This document shows, piece after piece, positions 42,707 to 53,045 of a DNA stretch of 64,000 nucleotides. The stretch comes from an uncultured Clostridia bacterium. Lineage in GTDB: Bacteria > Bacillota > Clostridia > TANB77 > CAG-508. The notes below the pieces were generated by a model that saw only the letters and a program-made list of their open reading frames with translations, did not search any database and had not been told where the DNA came from. The stretch covers positions 40,404 through 104,403 of the forward strand of contig CALYAG010000003.1 in the NCBI GenBank assembly GCA_944393465.1, in the 5' to 3' direction. Position numbers and translations under genes: made by a program. Each line of letters starts with the position of its first letter. Positions within the stretch are counted from its first letter, which is position 1.

Positions 42707-42755
42707 TTGTATTAATGATATTTGTATTTTTAATACTTAAAATATTTTTCAATCT

Positions 42756-44060
42756 CTACGCTGTCTCTTTTGCCTCAGTTTTTTGTCTTCTAACCTTTTT
42801 AGGTTTTTCTACTCTATTTTCGTCAATAACAACCTCTGGCTTTGCTGTTCCTTCAACAGTTTCCTTTGTAATAGTGCATTTAACTATTTTAGGATTTGAA
42901 GGTATATCATACATTACGTCTCTCATAGTTTCTTCCATAATAGAACGTAAGCCTCTTGCGCCTGTTTTTCTTTCAATAGCTTTATCAACGATTGCTTCTA
43001 ATGCTTCCCCCGTAAACTCTAAGTCAACGCCATCTATTTGAAGTAGTTTTTTGTATTGTTTTACTAATGCATTTTTTGGCTTTGTCATAATATCTATAAG
43101 TGCATTTCTATCTAATTCGCGTAGTGTTGCTATTATAGGCAATCTACCTACAAACTCAGGAATTAAGCCGAATTTAAGCAAATCTTGTGGTAACAATTCT
43201 TCATAAATTTTGTATTTATCCACTTCTTTTGCACTTTGTATATTTGTTCCAAATCCTATAGCTTTTTTGCCTATTCTGTCACCTATTATTTTGTCTAAAC
43301 CTTCAAAAGCACCTCCACATATGAACAATATGTTTGATGTATTGATTTGTAAAAACTCTTGATGTGGATGTTTTCTTCCTCCTTGAGGTGGAACTGATGC
43401 AACTGTTCCTTCTATTATTTTTAGAAGGGCTTGTTGAACTCCTTCACCACTAACATCTCTTGTAATAGATGGATTTTCCGATTTTCTTGAAATCTTATCT
43501 ATTTCATCAATGTATATAATTCCTTTTTCAGCTTTTTCTATATTGTAATCTGCTGCTTGAATTAATTTAAGTAGAATGTTTTCAACATCTTCGCCAACAT
43601 AACCTGCCTCAGTTAATGTTGTTGCATCTGCTATTGCAAATGGAACTTTTAATATTTTAGCAAGTGTTTGAGCTAAAAATGTTTTTCCACAACCAGTAGG
43701 ACCAAGTAAAAGTACATTGCTTTTTTGTATTTCTACGTCGTCATCAGATTTTTCTTCTTCACTATTTATACGTTTATAGTGATTATATACTGCAACAGAC
43801 AAAGTTTTTTTAGCATCATCTTGACCTATAACATACTCATCTAAAATTTTTCTTATTTCTTCTGGAGTAGGTAATTTTTCTTCTTCATTTAAAGTATATC
43901 TTTCATCAAATTCTTCATAATCGTCTGTTTCTAATATGTTGTTGCATACTTGGATACACTCATTACAAATGTATACTCCTGGGCCTGCAACCATTTTATG
44001 AACACTCTCTTGTGGTTTTCCACAAAATGAGCATCTAATACTTTGAGTCTTTTTTGGCAT
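42756..44060 (-). CDS. clpX: ATP-dependent Clp protease ATP-binding subunit ClpX
   Basis: 434 aa with an N-terminal C4 zinc finger (CSFCGK...CNEC), Walker A GPTGCGKT, and an IGF-like loop. Confidence 0.95.
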   Translation of the reverse strand: MPKKTQSIRCSFCGKPQESVHKMVAGPGVYICNECIQVCNNILETDDYEEFDERYTLNEEEKLPTPEEIRKILDEYVIGQDDAKKTLSVAVYNHYKRINSEEEKSDDDVEIQKSNVLLLGPTGCGKTFLAQTLAKILKVPFAIADATTLTEAGYVGEDVENILLKLIQAADYNIEKAEKGIIYIDEIDKISRKSENPSITRDVSGEGVQQALLKIIEGTVASVPPQGGRKHPHQEFLQINTSNILFICGGAFEGLDKIIGDRIGKKAIGFGTNIQSAKEVDKYKIYEELLPQDLLKFGLIPEFVGRLPIIATLRELDRNALIDIMTKPKNALVKQYKKLLQIDGVDLEFTGEALEAIVDKAIERKTGARGLRSIMEETMRDVMYDIPSNPKIVKCTITKETVEGTAKPEVVIDENRVEKPKKVRRQKTEAKETA

Positions 44061-44257
44061 TTTTAATCTTTCCTTTCTCGTTTCGCAGAAAATTCAATTT
44101 GGCATTTTTAAATAGGAAACACTTGATTTTCTATTTAAAAATTAATAAACACCAAACCTTAATTTTATCGTCACTTGTTTTCTTATGTGATATTATATCA
44201 AAATAATAATATTTTATTAATTTATTATTTCGCATTGTGTGTCATATTATTAAGTTA

Positions 44258-44872
44258 TTATTTTCTCTTATCCATTATGCCATCAATCAAACCATAAGCT
44301 AAAGCTTCCTGTGCTGTCATGTAATGGTCTCTTTCTGTATCTCTTTCAATTACGTCAATTGGTTGACCTGTTCTTTCACTTAATAATTTGTTGATTTTTT
44401 CTCTTGTCTTAATCATTTGGTCTGCGTGAATTTTTATTTCTGTTGCTTGACCAGAAAGGCCTCCACCTTGACCACCAATTAATGGTTGATGGATAAGTAT
44501 TTCTGCATTTGGTGTAGCAAATCTTTTGCCCTTTTCACCTGATGCTAAAAGTACTGCACCCATACTTGCTGCCATACCTACACATATTGTTGTTACTGGG
44601 CATTTGATGTAGTTCATTGTATCAACTATACCAAATCCATCTGAAACTGATCCTCCTGGTGAATTTATGTATAAAGATATTTCTTTATCTGGGTCTTCTG
44701 ACTCCAAAAATAGCATTTGAGCTATTACTAAACTTGCTGATGTTTGATTAACATCTTCACTTAAAAATATTATTCTGTCTTTTAACAATCTTGAGAAAAT
44801 ATCATATGATCTTTCTCCTCTTGCTGATTGTTCTATTACATAAGGTACTAAACTGTCATTAAATTCTTTCAT
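44258..44872 (-). CDS. clpP: ATP-dependent Clp protease proteolytic subunit ClpP
   Basis: 204 aa. The Ser-His-Asp triad context (GMAASMGA, ...IHQP...) is present. Part of the tig-clpP-clpX cluster. Confidence 0.95.
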   Translation of the reverse strand: MKEFNDSLVPYVIEQSARGERSYDIFSRLLKDRIIFLSEDVNQTSASLVIAQMLFLESEDPDKEISLYINSPGGSVSDGFGIVDTMNYIKCPVTTICVGMAASMGAVLLASGEKGKRFATPNAEILIHQPLIGGQGGGLSGQATEIKIHADQMIKTREKINKLLSERTGQPIDVIERDTERDHYMTAQEALAYGLIDGIMDKRK

Positions 44873-45189
44873 ATTTTATATCCTTTCCTAGGGCTTGTAA
44901 AATTCCCTATTATTATATTTCTAGATTAGTTTAAAATTTCCTTTGTTTGGTGCTTTATATTATTTAATTTATGTATGTAATTCTAAGATTACTAACATAT
45001 TATATATACTTTTGTAAAATATATCAACCTTTTTAGTAGAAAAAGCTAAATATCGTTTTTGCTATTTTACTATTTACAGCAGTATAAAACTGCAGTTTTA
45101 CTATGTAACAAAAAGTTAGAGATATTGTTATAAAAATCATCTCCAACTTTTTATTTTACTCCGTTTATTTAGTTCGTTTTTTAATTTAT

Positions 45190-45255
45190 TTTTTCAGTTG
45201 GGGACGGTCCTTTTTCGAAAATTTTCGTTTTAGGACCGTCCCCAAACGTAAAAAT
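45190..45255. repeat. Palindromic dispersed repeat element (family 1, compact form with a ~10-nt loop)
   Basis: TTTTTTCAGTTGGGGACGGTCCTTTTTCGAAAATTTTCGTTTTAGGACCGTCCCCAAACGTAAAAA, just upstream of the tig start. Confidence 0.85.
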
Positions 45256-45257
45256 TT

Positions 45258-46547
45258 TTATTTCTTAGATATTTTTGCGCTTTTAACTATTAAATCTATT
45301 GCTTGTTCTGTTTTTGAACTTTCTGCTAAGTAATTCTTTAAGTCTTCGTTCTTTTCTAAGTCTTCTACTTTTCTGTTATATTGCTTAGCCATTTCTTCTA
45401 TTTTGTCTTTTATGTATTTTTCGTCTTCTTTTATTTTTTCATCTTTAACAATTTGATCTAAAACTAATCTTGTTTTAACATTTTTTTCTGCTTGCTCTTT
45501 GTAGTCTTTTCTAAAGTCTGCTTCTGATTTACCCATCATTTTTAGGTATTGATCTAAGTTTAGTCCTTGATAACTTAGTCTTTGGTCTAAGTTTTGCATA
45601 ATGTTGTCTATTTCTAAGTCAATCATTCCTGCTGGAATGTCTATGTTTGTATTTTTGCAAACTTCTTCTATAGCAGCATCTTCTGTTTCATGTTTTGCTC
45701 TTTCTTCATTTTCTTTTTGTTTCTTTTCTTTGATGCTGTCTTTTAATTCTTTTAATGTGTCAAATTCACTAACATCTTTAGCAAATTCATCATCTATTGT
45801 AGGTAATTGTTTTTCTTTTATTGCATGTAATACAACATGGAATGTAGCTTCTTTACCAGCTAGGTCTTTTGAGAAGTAATCTTTTGGGAATGTAACTTTT
45901 ATGTCTTTTTCTTCTCCTATTTTCATACCAATTATTTGGTCTTCAAATCCTGGGATAAATGTTTTGCTACCAATTGTTAAGTCATGATTTTCAGCCTTGC
46001 CACCTTCAAATGGTTTGCCATCTGTAAATCCTTCAAAGTCTATTGTAACTATATCTTGGTCTTTAACTGGTCTATCTTCAACTGTAACTATTCTTGAGTT
46101 GTGTTCAGCCATGTGATTTATTTCATGGTCTACATCTTCGTCAGTCACTTTGTATTCGATTTTCTTTAATGGAATTTCTTTATATTTGCCAAGTTTAACT
46201 TCTGGTTTTGTTGCAACTATAGCTGTGAATATAAGGTCTTTACCTTTTTCCATTTGAACTACATCTATTTGTGGTCTACTTGCAACTTCTATTTTATTTT
46301 CTTTTATTTCTTCATCATATACAACAGGTGCTAATTCGTTGAATGCATCCTCATAAAATATTGAATCTCCATAATATCTTTCTACTATTTTGAAAGGTGC
46401 TTTTCCTTTTCTAAATCCTGGTATATTGAAGTATTTTGCACTTTTTTTGAATACTTCTTGTATTGCTTCTTCAAATCTTGAAGCTGGTACTGTAAATGTT
46501 AGTTTTAATTCATTATTATTTTCTGTTTTTTCTTGTTTTAAGCTCAT
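45258..46547 (-). CDS. tig: Trigger factor
   Basis: 429 aa with an N-terminal ribosome-binding domain (GFRKGKAP), an FKBP-type PPIase middle domain and a C-terminal helical arm domain. Confidence 0.9.
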   Translation of the reverse strand: MSLKQEKTENNNELKLTFTVPASRFEEAIQEVFKKSAKYFNIPGFRKGKAPFKIVERYYGDSIFYEDAFNELAPVVYDEEIKENKIEVASRPQIDVVQMEKGKDLIFTAIVATKPEVKLGKYKEIPLKKIEYKVTDEDVDHEINHMAEHNSRIVTVEDRPVKDQDIVTIDFEGFTDGKPFEGGKAENHDLTIGSKTFIPGFEDQIIGMKIGEEKDIKVTFPKDYFSKDLAGKEATFHVVLHAIKEKQLPTIDDEFAKDVSEFDTLKELKDSIKEKKQKENEERAKHETEDAAIEEVCKNTNIDIPAGMIDLEIDNIMQNLDQRLSYQGLNLDQYLKMMGKSEADFRKDYKEQAEKNVKTRLVLDQIVKDEKIKEDEKYIKDKIEEMAKQYNRKVEDLEKNEDLKNYLAESSKTEQAIDLIVKSAKISKK

Positions 46548-46741
46548 TATAAATCCTTCCTTTTCTCATAAAATGCTATATTATTATAGCACAAATTATG
46601 AATAAATCAAGACTTTTTAAGAAATTTTATGTTAGCCTTCATGTAAAATCTATATTACCCCTCATTTTTCAAAGTAGCAAAGAGCTATGCATAATACACA
46701 TAGCTCTTTGCTATTTTTTTAATTGCGCTTTTAAAACTCTT

Positions 46742-47635
46742 TTAGTTATCAAGCAATTTTTTTAATTCTTCTTGTGTTATATTTAATATTTGACAAATTT
46801 GCTCATTTGTCATTTTTAGTTCTTTCATTCTTTTAGCATTTTCTTTTCGTTCTTCTGCTCTACCAGCTACTTTCCCAGCTTCAACTCCAGCCTTTTGTCC
46901 ATCCTCATATCCTTTACGTCTTATTGCCTTTTCATCCATTATAGCTTTTTCTCTTAGGTCTGCCATCCTTCTCATATGTTCATCTTCGGTCATCTCATGT
47001 ACTGTTATTACAGCTTCTTCTATATCTTTATTATCTTTCATAATTTCCTTGACCTCCTCTGTATTTGGGTCGTTTATGAATAATGCCCATTGTGCTTTTT
47101 TGTTTTTCTTGTTTCTTTCATATTCGGCCTTTACCTTGGATAACTCAATTATATCTATTTCTATTTTATCTGTCAAGACGAGGTTTTGATCAATTTCTTC
47201 TCTTAATTTCCACTTTGTTTCCATTCTTTCTATTTCTTTTGTTAAGTCTAAATTGTAGTCTAAAATTGCTATTATTACAACTCTTTTAGCCTCTATGTAA
47301 TCTTCACCTTTTTTAACCTCATTTGAATATAATTTTGAAAAATAATAAAGTAATCTTTCTTGTATATTTGACCTATCTACTAATTGAATTTCTACATCTA
47401 CTTTTTCATTTTTGTTAATATCTAATTCCAAATCTAATATGCCTAGCTTGTCCTCTGGTTTTTCTCTAAAAAGTTCTTTGTCATTGTTTATTTTTATACT
47501 TTTAACTTTTTCATCTAACAACGCTTCTGCAAATGCTTTTGTTATTTTTACGTTCTTTTTACTGAATAAACTTTCAAATACTACGTCTATCTTTGGTTTT
47601 AATAATTGTAAGTTATTTTCTTTGTTTTCATCCAT
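46742..47635 (-). CDS. Rpn-family recombination-promoting nuclease / putative transposase (PD-(D/E)XK, YhgA-like)
   Basis: 297 aa. The N-terminal D..F...F block, a central helical region, and the characteristic Firmicute Rpn C-terminal tail (...QKAGVEAGK..., then QICQILNITQEELKKLL). Confidence 0.65.
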   Translation of the reverse strand: MDENKENNLQLLKPKIDVVFESLFSKKNVKITKAFAEALLDEKVKSIKINNDKELFREKPEDKLGILDLELDINKNEKVDVEIQLVDRSNIQERLLYYFSKLYSNEVKKGEDYIEAKRVVIIAILDYNLDLTKEIERMETKWKLREEIDQNLVLTDKIEIDIIELSKVKAEYERNKKNKKAQWALFINDPNTEEVKEIMKDNKDIEEAVITVHEMTEDEHMRRMADLREKAIMDEKAIRRKGYEDGQKAGVEAGKVAGRAEERKENAKRMKELKMTNEQICQILNITQEELKKLLDN

Positions 47636-48105
47636 ATATTTTTCCTCGTATAATATATTTAAATTATAAACATATTCTTTCTTTTAAATTTTAAATATTT
47701 AATTTATTTTTCTTGCGTTAGGATTTATTTAGATATTAAATGCAATTTTTGACAGTTAAGAATTATCTAAATTAAAATTTAAAACTCGAGTTTGATTTAA
47801 GTTCTTGAAATAACTTTTTAATAATTTTATAGCTATATAAATGTATTTCCATTATATGGTATATTTTATCTTTTGTCAATGTTTAATCTATAATTTATCA
47901 TAAAAGTTTTCGACAAAATTCGACAAATGGTTGTTCTGAGAAAAATTATGAAAATAAAGAGGGCAAAACAAAATAGCAGAAAGTATAGTGATTTCTGCCA
48001 TTTTTAATTTGCATATTATTTGTTTTATATGGTACAGTGACTGTCAAACAGAACCGTCCTTATTGACATATATTTTAGTAATTATTTTTTTAAGTTTTAA
48101 AATTT

Positions 48106-48831
48106 TTATTCTACTTTATATAGCTTAAAATCTAAATAATCACTACTTACTAATTTAAAATCTATCCCATCGTAATTGCCTTCGAAGGCTTCTTGATGTG
48201 ATTCTCCGTGTAAATGACCATAAATGCAAGTTTTTACATTATATTCTTTCATTATTTCAACATAGTTTGAAACTTTTAAGTTTCTGTTCTGATTATTTGC
48301 ATCATTGTTATTTTCTTCTATTATTGGTGGATAGTGCATTATACAAATTATCTCTTTATCTCCGAAGTTATCTACTCCGCTTTGCAATGAAAGTTTTAGT
48401 CTTTCTTCTTCTCTGTGGTTCATTTTCTCGCTGTTTTCTGTATCATTTAAAGTCCAGCCTCTTGTTCCTGCAATTATTTTGTCTTCGAATAAATAACTAT
48501 TGTTATATACAAAGTCTATATTTTCAAACTTATTTTCTTGTAGGAATTCTCTCATTTTTGCAAGAGTTGACCACCAATAATCATGGTTGCCTTTTAGCAA
48601 AAGCTTTTTTCCTGGCAAATCATTCAAATATGCAAAGTCATTATACATATCTTTTAAATGCATTTCCCATGAAAAATCTCCTGGAAGTATTACTAAGTCA
48701 TTATCTTGTACAGTATTTATCCAGTTTTCTTTTATTTTTTGTGCATGATTTTTCCAGTTACCGCCAAATATGTCCATTGGCTTTTCTTTATTCAAAGATA
48801 AGTGTAAATCTCCTATTGCATATATTGACAT
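48106..48831 (-). CDS. Metallophosphoesterase (calcineurin-like phosphoesterase superfamily)
   Basis: 241 aa with GDLH near the N-terminus (AIGDLHLS), GDFSW, GNHDYW and a later GHLH, which are the canonical MPE motifs. Confidence 0.8.
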   Translation of the reverse strand: MSIYAIGDLHLSLNKEKPMDIFGGNWKNHAQKIKENWINTVQDNDLVILPGDFSWEMHLKDMYNDFAYLNDLPGKKLLLKGNHDYWWSTLAKMREFLQENKFENIDFVYNNSYLFEDKIIAGTRGWTLNDTENSEKMNHREEERLKLSLQSGVDNFGDKEIICIMHYPPIIEENNNDANNQNRNLKVSNYVEIMKEYNVKTCIYGHLHGESHQEAFEGNYDGIDFKLVSSDYLDFKLYKVE

Positions 48832-48934
48832 TTTTTCTCCAATCTACATTATAAATTTTTAAATTATTCTATTGTTCATTAATAATTAATACTTGATCTT
48901 TTCTTTTTAACAATTGTTGCATTTAACTTTTTAA

Positions 48935-49921
48935 TTAGAGTTTCAAGTTTGGTACCGCATTTAATGTTAAGTCATCTATTTTTCCATTTATGTAGTTATA
49001 ATACCCTGCTGAAGCTATCATTGCAGCATTATCTGTGCAAAGTTTTAAGTCTGGCATATAAACTTTTATTCCTTGGCTTTGCAAATTTTCAAACTCACTT
49101 CTTATATATGTATTTGCTGAAACTCCACCAGCTAGTACTATTTTATTTGCATTTGTTTTTTCTACTGCTAGTTTTACTTTTTCCATTAACATATCTGTTA
49201 CCGCTTTTTCAAAACTTGCACACAAGTTTTCCTTATTTATATCTGGTTCTTTATGATGAAGATTTATTACTGCTGTTTTAATGCCACTAAAACTAAAATC
49301 TAGGCCATCAACATGTGTTTTTGGTAATTCTATATTAGGTACGCCATTTACTGCCATTTTGTCTATTTTAGGGCCTCCTGGATAGCCTAGTTCAATTACT
49401 CTTGCTACTTTATCAAAAGCTTCACCTATTGCATCATCTTTTGTTCTGCCTAACACTTCAAAATTTAAATAGTCTTTTACATGTACTATTTGTGTATTTC
49501 CACCAGACATCATTATACATAAAAATGGTGGCTCTAAGTCAGGATAAGTTATGTAATTAGCTGCAATGTGTCCTTGTATGTGGTTTACTCCAACTAAAGG
49601 CTTTTTTAGAGCATAGCTTAAAGCTTTACCATAGGAAAGTCCTACAAGTAAAGCTCCAACTAAGCCCGGTCCATATGTGCAGGCTACTGCATTTATTTGA
49701 TTTAAGTCTATTTTAGCATCTTGTACTGCTTTTTTTGTTACATCAGATATATTGTCTATGTGATTTCTTGAAGCAATTTCAGGTACAACACCGCCATACA
49801 CAGTGTGTATTGGTATTTGAGTGTTTATTACATTAGATAAAACTATTCTGCCGTTTTTTACTACTGAAACTGCTGTTTCATCACAACTAGATTCTATACC
49901 TAATATGTATATGTCCTCCAT
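48935..49921 (-). CDS. tsaD: tRNA N6-adenosine threonylcarbamoyltransferase
   Basis: 328 aa. N-terminus ILGIESSCDETAVSVV and the conserved His pair (NHIQGH) of Kae1/TsaD. Confidence 0.9.
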   Translation of the reverse strand: MEDIYILGIESSCDETAVSVVKNGRIVLSNVINTQIPIHTVYGGVVPEIASRNHIDNISDVTKKAVQDAKIDLNQINAVACTYGPGLVGALLVGLSYGKALSYALKKPLVGVNHIQGHIAANYITYPDLEPPFLCIMMSGGNTQIVHVKDYLNFEVLGRTKDDAIGEAFDKVARVIELGYPGGPKIDKMAVNGVPNIELPKTHVDGLDFSFSGIKTAVINLHHKEPDINKENLCASFEKAVTDMLMEKVKLAVEKTNANKIVLAGGVSANTYIRSEFENLQSQGIKVYMPDLKLCTDNAAMIASAGYYNYINGKIDDLTLNAVPNLKL

Positions 49922-50007
49922 TTTATTGTCCTTTCATAATTACATTTATTCAGTATGTATTCGTTTGCTTTTCAAAAATAAATTATATATGCGTTAATTT
50001 ATATTTA

Positions 50008-50757
50008 TTAAACTAGCATTCCCACAATCGAAGCGATTAGATTTAACAATCCATTATTTATTAGTCTAATAACTGGGCTAATTATTAAAGAAGCTATTGG
50101 TGTAATCCATATAATTATGAATACTAAATATAATATTCTTTCGTGCGATTCAAACCAACTTCTTGCATTTGTTGGAAGTATTGCTACTAACACCTTTGAA
50201 CCGTCTAGTGGTGGTAATGGTATTAGGTTAAATACTCCTAATCCTACATTCATAAATATAGTGTACATAATTATATCTGTTATAATACCCCCAACTTGAG
50301 AATTAATAAATGCTATTCCACCAAATGCCAGTATTAAAGCATAAATAATGCTAAAAATAAGTGCTAAAATCAAATTCATAACTGGTCCTGCTAAAGCAAC
50401 CAATGCATTTCCTTTTCTTATGGTAATTGTTCTATTAAAGTTGTTTGGGTTTATTTCAACTGGTCTACCCCATCCAAATCCTGCAAATAAAAGCATTAGC
50501 ATTCCTATTGGTTCCATATGTTTAAATGGATTTAGTGTTAGTCTTCCTTGCCTTCTTGGAGTGTCATCTCCAAGTCTATCTGCCATCCACGCGTGCGCAA
50601 ACTCGTGAAATGTCATTGCTATAATAACTCCAGGAATGCTTAAAATTAATGCAAGTAATGCTTCAGGTGAGTATATGTAATACCTTAAGTTTTCAGCTAT
50701 TAGGATGATTACTAAAACTATCATCCAAGTATTCATTCCAAATCCTCCAAAAAACAT
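50008..50757 (-). CDS. Site-2 protease family (M50) membrane metalloprotease
   Basis: About 245 aa and polytopic. The HEFAH zinc motif (MTFHEFAHAWMADRLGD) and a later LDG motif are present. The start is uncertain (M1, M8 or M12). Confidence 0.75.
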   Translation of the reverse strand: MFFGGFGMNTWMIVLVIILIAENLRYYIYSPEALLALILSIPGVIIAMTFHEFAHAWMADRLGDDTPRRQGRLTLNPFKHMEPIGMLMLLFAGFGWGRPVEINPNNFNRTITIRKGNALVALAGPVMNLILALIFSIIYALILAFGGIAFINSQVGGIITDIIMYTIFMNVGLGVFNLIPLPPLDGSKVLVAILPTNARSWFESHERILYLVFIIIWITPIASLIISPVIRLINNGLLNLIASIVGMLV

Positions 50758-50841
50758 TTTAATTCCTCATATATGTATAAAACATATTCTTTCTTTTAAA
50801 TTTTTAAATTTATCCTTGTGTTTTTATAATATTAAATTGCT

Positions 50842-52323
50842 CTAGTTCAATGGCTTCATTGTAGGGAATAGCAATATATCTCTAATTGATGCTGAGTTTG
50901 TAAGAAGCATTATTAGTCTATCTAATCCTATTCCTAATCCTCCTGTTGGTGGAAGTCCTATTTCTAGTGCATTTACAAAGTCTTCATCCATCATGCCCGC
51001 TTCTTCATCACCATTTGCTCTAGCTTCTGCTTGTTTCTTTAATCTTTCATATTGATCTATTGGGTCATTTAATTCTGAATAAGCATTTCCGTATTCTCTA
51101 CCACCAATAAATACTTCAAATCTTTCTGTTAAACTTGGATTGTCTTTTTTTCTCTTTGTAAGTGGAGATACTTCAACTGGATAGTCCATTATAAATGTTG
51201 GCTGAATTAGTGTTTCTTCAACAAAAGTTTCAAAGAATTCGTTTATAATGTGACCTCTTGTTGTTTTGCCTTCTTCTAATTCTACGCCTTTTTCATCTGC
51301 TAGTTTTCTTGCTTCTTCATCATTTTTAACTTCATTAAAGTCTATTCCTGTTTTTTCTTTGATTGCATCTATCATAGTGATTCTTTTCCAAGGTGTAGAT
51401 AAGTCTAAATCTAGTCCTTGATAATTTATCTTCAAAGTTCCATTTACTTTCATGCATAATCTTGTAATTATTTCTTCTGTAATATCCATCATATCATTGT
51501 AATCTTCATAAGCTGCATATAACTCAACATTTGTAAATTCAGGATTATGCTTTATATCCATTCCTTCATTTCTAAAGTTTTTGCATACTTCATATACTTT
51601 GTCAAAACCACCAACTATTAGCCTTTTTAGGTTAAGCTCTGGTGCAATTCTTAAGTACATATCTAAATCTAATGTGTTATGATGTGTTTTAAATGGTCTT
51701 GCTGCATCACCAGTAATTAGGTTATTTAAAATTGGTGTTTCAACTTCTAAGTAACCTTTTTCATCAAGTATATTTCTTAATTCTTTGATGATCATACTTC
51801 TTTTAATAAAAGTATCTCTAACTTCTGGATTTACTATTAAATCTACATATCTTTGTCTATATCTTAAATCTGTATCTTTTAGACCATGGAATTTTTCTGG
51901 TAATGGCTTTAAAGATTTTGTAAGTAATGTAACCTCTTTTGCATGGATAGATATTTCACCTGTACGTGTTTTAAATACAAAACCTGTTATTCCTATAATG
52001 TCTCCAATATCATCTTCTTTGAATTGTTTGTAACTTTCTTCTCCTAAATCATTTATACTAACATAACTTTGGATTTTTCCCTCTCCATCTTGAATATGAC
52101 AAAAAGAGGCCTTACCCATTATTCTTTTAGCCATTAATCTTCCTGCTATTGTTACGTCTTTGCCTTCTAATTCATCATAATTATCTATAACTTGTTTTGT
52201 TGTATGTGTTCTATTGAACTTTGTTATTTGAAATGGGTCTTTGCCTTCTGCTCTTAATTTGTCTAGCTTTTCTCTTCTAACTTGCATTAAATGATCCATA
52301 TCTAATTCTTGATTTTCTTCCAT
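50842..52323 (-). CDS. lysS: Lysine--tRNA ligase (class II)
   Basis: N-terminal OB anticodon-binding domain and class II motifs 1-3 (GGxEx...). The start is placed at the ATG at 52323 (MEENQELD...) behind GAAAGGCAGG. The track's upstream Met codons lack an RBS. Candidate promoter TTTACA-N17-TATAAT at 52431-52403. Confidence 0.9.
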   Translation of the reverse strand: MEENQELDMDHLMQVRREKLDKLRAEGKDPFQITKFNRTHTTKQVIDNYDELEGKDVTIAGRLMAKRIMGKASFCHIQDGEGKIQSYVSINDLGEESYKQFKEDDIGDIIGITGFVFKTRTGEISIHAKEVTLLTKSLKPLPEKFHGLKDTDLRYRQRYVDLIVNPEVRDTFIKRSMIIKELRNILDEKGYLEVETPILNNLITGDAARPFKTHHNTLDLDMYLRIAPELNLKRLIVGGFDKVYEVCKNFRNEGMDIKHNPEFTNVELYAAYEDYNDMMDITEEIITRLCMKVNGTLKINYQGLDLDLSTPWKRITMIDAIKEKTGIDFNEVKNDEEARKLADEKGVELEEGKTTRGHIINEFFETFVEETLIQPTFIMDYPVEVSPLTKRKKDNPSLTERFEVFIGGREYGNAYSELNDPIDQYERLKKQAEARANGDEEAGMMDEDFVNALEIGLPPTGGLGIGLDRLIMLLTNSASIRDILLFPTMKPLN

Positions 52324-52539
52324 ATTGTCCTGCCTTTCTATACTAAAAACTTGCATAAATCTCATAGTTTTTATGTACTCTCTTTTTCTCAATTATGCTA
52401 ATATTATACCTTATATTCCACTTTTTGTAAACCTTTTTTTAAGAAAAGTGGCTTCGCCACATGTGATGCGAGCTTTGCTCGGGCTGCCTAAGGTAACTTT
52501 ATCTTGAAATATAGGCAAAATCTTCAATTTTTCCTATAT

Positions 52540-52850
52540 TATAACAAAAAGACCCCTCAAAAGAGGGGTCTTCCAAAGTCTCTGTACGAATTTGCTATTG
52601 CAAAAACGAAATAAGGCAAGTGGTCCTGTAGCAGCTACATATAGCGCGCGGACGGCCAACAATTGTGGCAAAACTGGAAAATGTGCCCGAGACTTTGTAA
52701 TGCTTATACATTTTTGCTTTTGCAACACTTGGAGGTAAGTAAAGTACGGACTAGGAGTAATACTTGCTTTATTTCACATGGGGAAACCAACAAGTTTATA
52801 TTCTCCAATTATGCAAAAATGTATTTGAAGTCGAATAAACGACCAGCACT
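52540..52850 (-). ncRNA. Candidate ~310-nt structured ncRNA of unknown class (GC-rich core, perfect sigma-A promoter, strong terminator)
   Basis: On the minus strand: TTGACA(52885-52880)-N17-TGaTATAAT(52862-52857). The GC-rich body runs ~52780-52570 and a 10-bp-stem terminator (AAGACCCCTCTTTTGAGGGGTCTT plus a U-run) lies at 52573-52543. A second hairpin terminator, GTGGCGAAGCCAC plus a U-run, sits at 52460-52441. No convincing RBS-preceded ORF. Confidence 0.4.
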
Positions 52851-53045
52851 GGAGATATTATATCACTTGTTTTAATTTATGTCAACATCTTTTGTCCATT
52901 CATTTTTATTAATTTTAAATAGCTTTTTCTTGGTAACTAGAAATTACTTTTTCTAAATAGAATTAACCTTTACAGTTAGCCTCAATTTTAACTATTTCTT
53001 ACTTATTTTTATTTTCACTAATTATTAAACTTTTCAAATAATATT

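Noticed and set aside
47947-48006. A 19-codon ORF (MKIKRAKQNSRKYSDFCHF) in the rpn upstream region
   Set aside because: No RBS and too short to support. It is likely chance.
52540-52850. The GC-rich RNA candidate as SRP (4.5S/scRNA), tmRNA, RNase P RNA or a lysS T-box or L-box riboswitch
   Set aside because: GGUCCUGUAGCAGC superficially resembles the SRP helix-8 GGUCCGGAAGGAAGCAGC, but the invariant GGAA tetraloop and symmetric-loop flank are missing and it is on the opposite strand to the promoter and terminator. There are no tRNA-like ends (GGGG...CCACCA) for tmRNA and no GGAAAGUCC P4 motif. No T-box AGGGTGGNACCGCG was found. The unit has its own terminators before the separate lysS promoter, so it is not a lysS leader.
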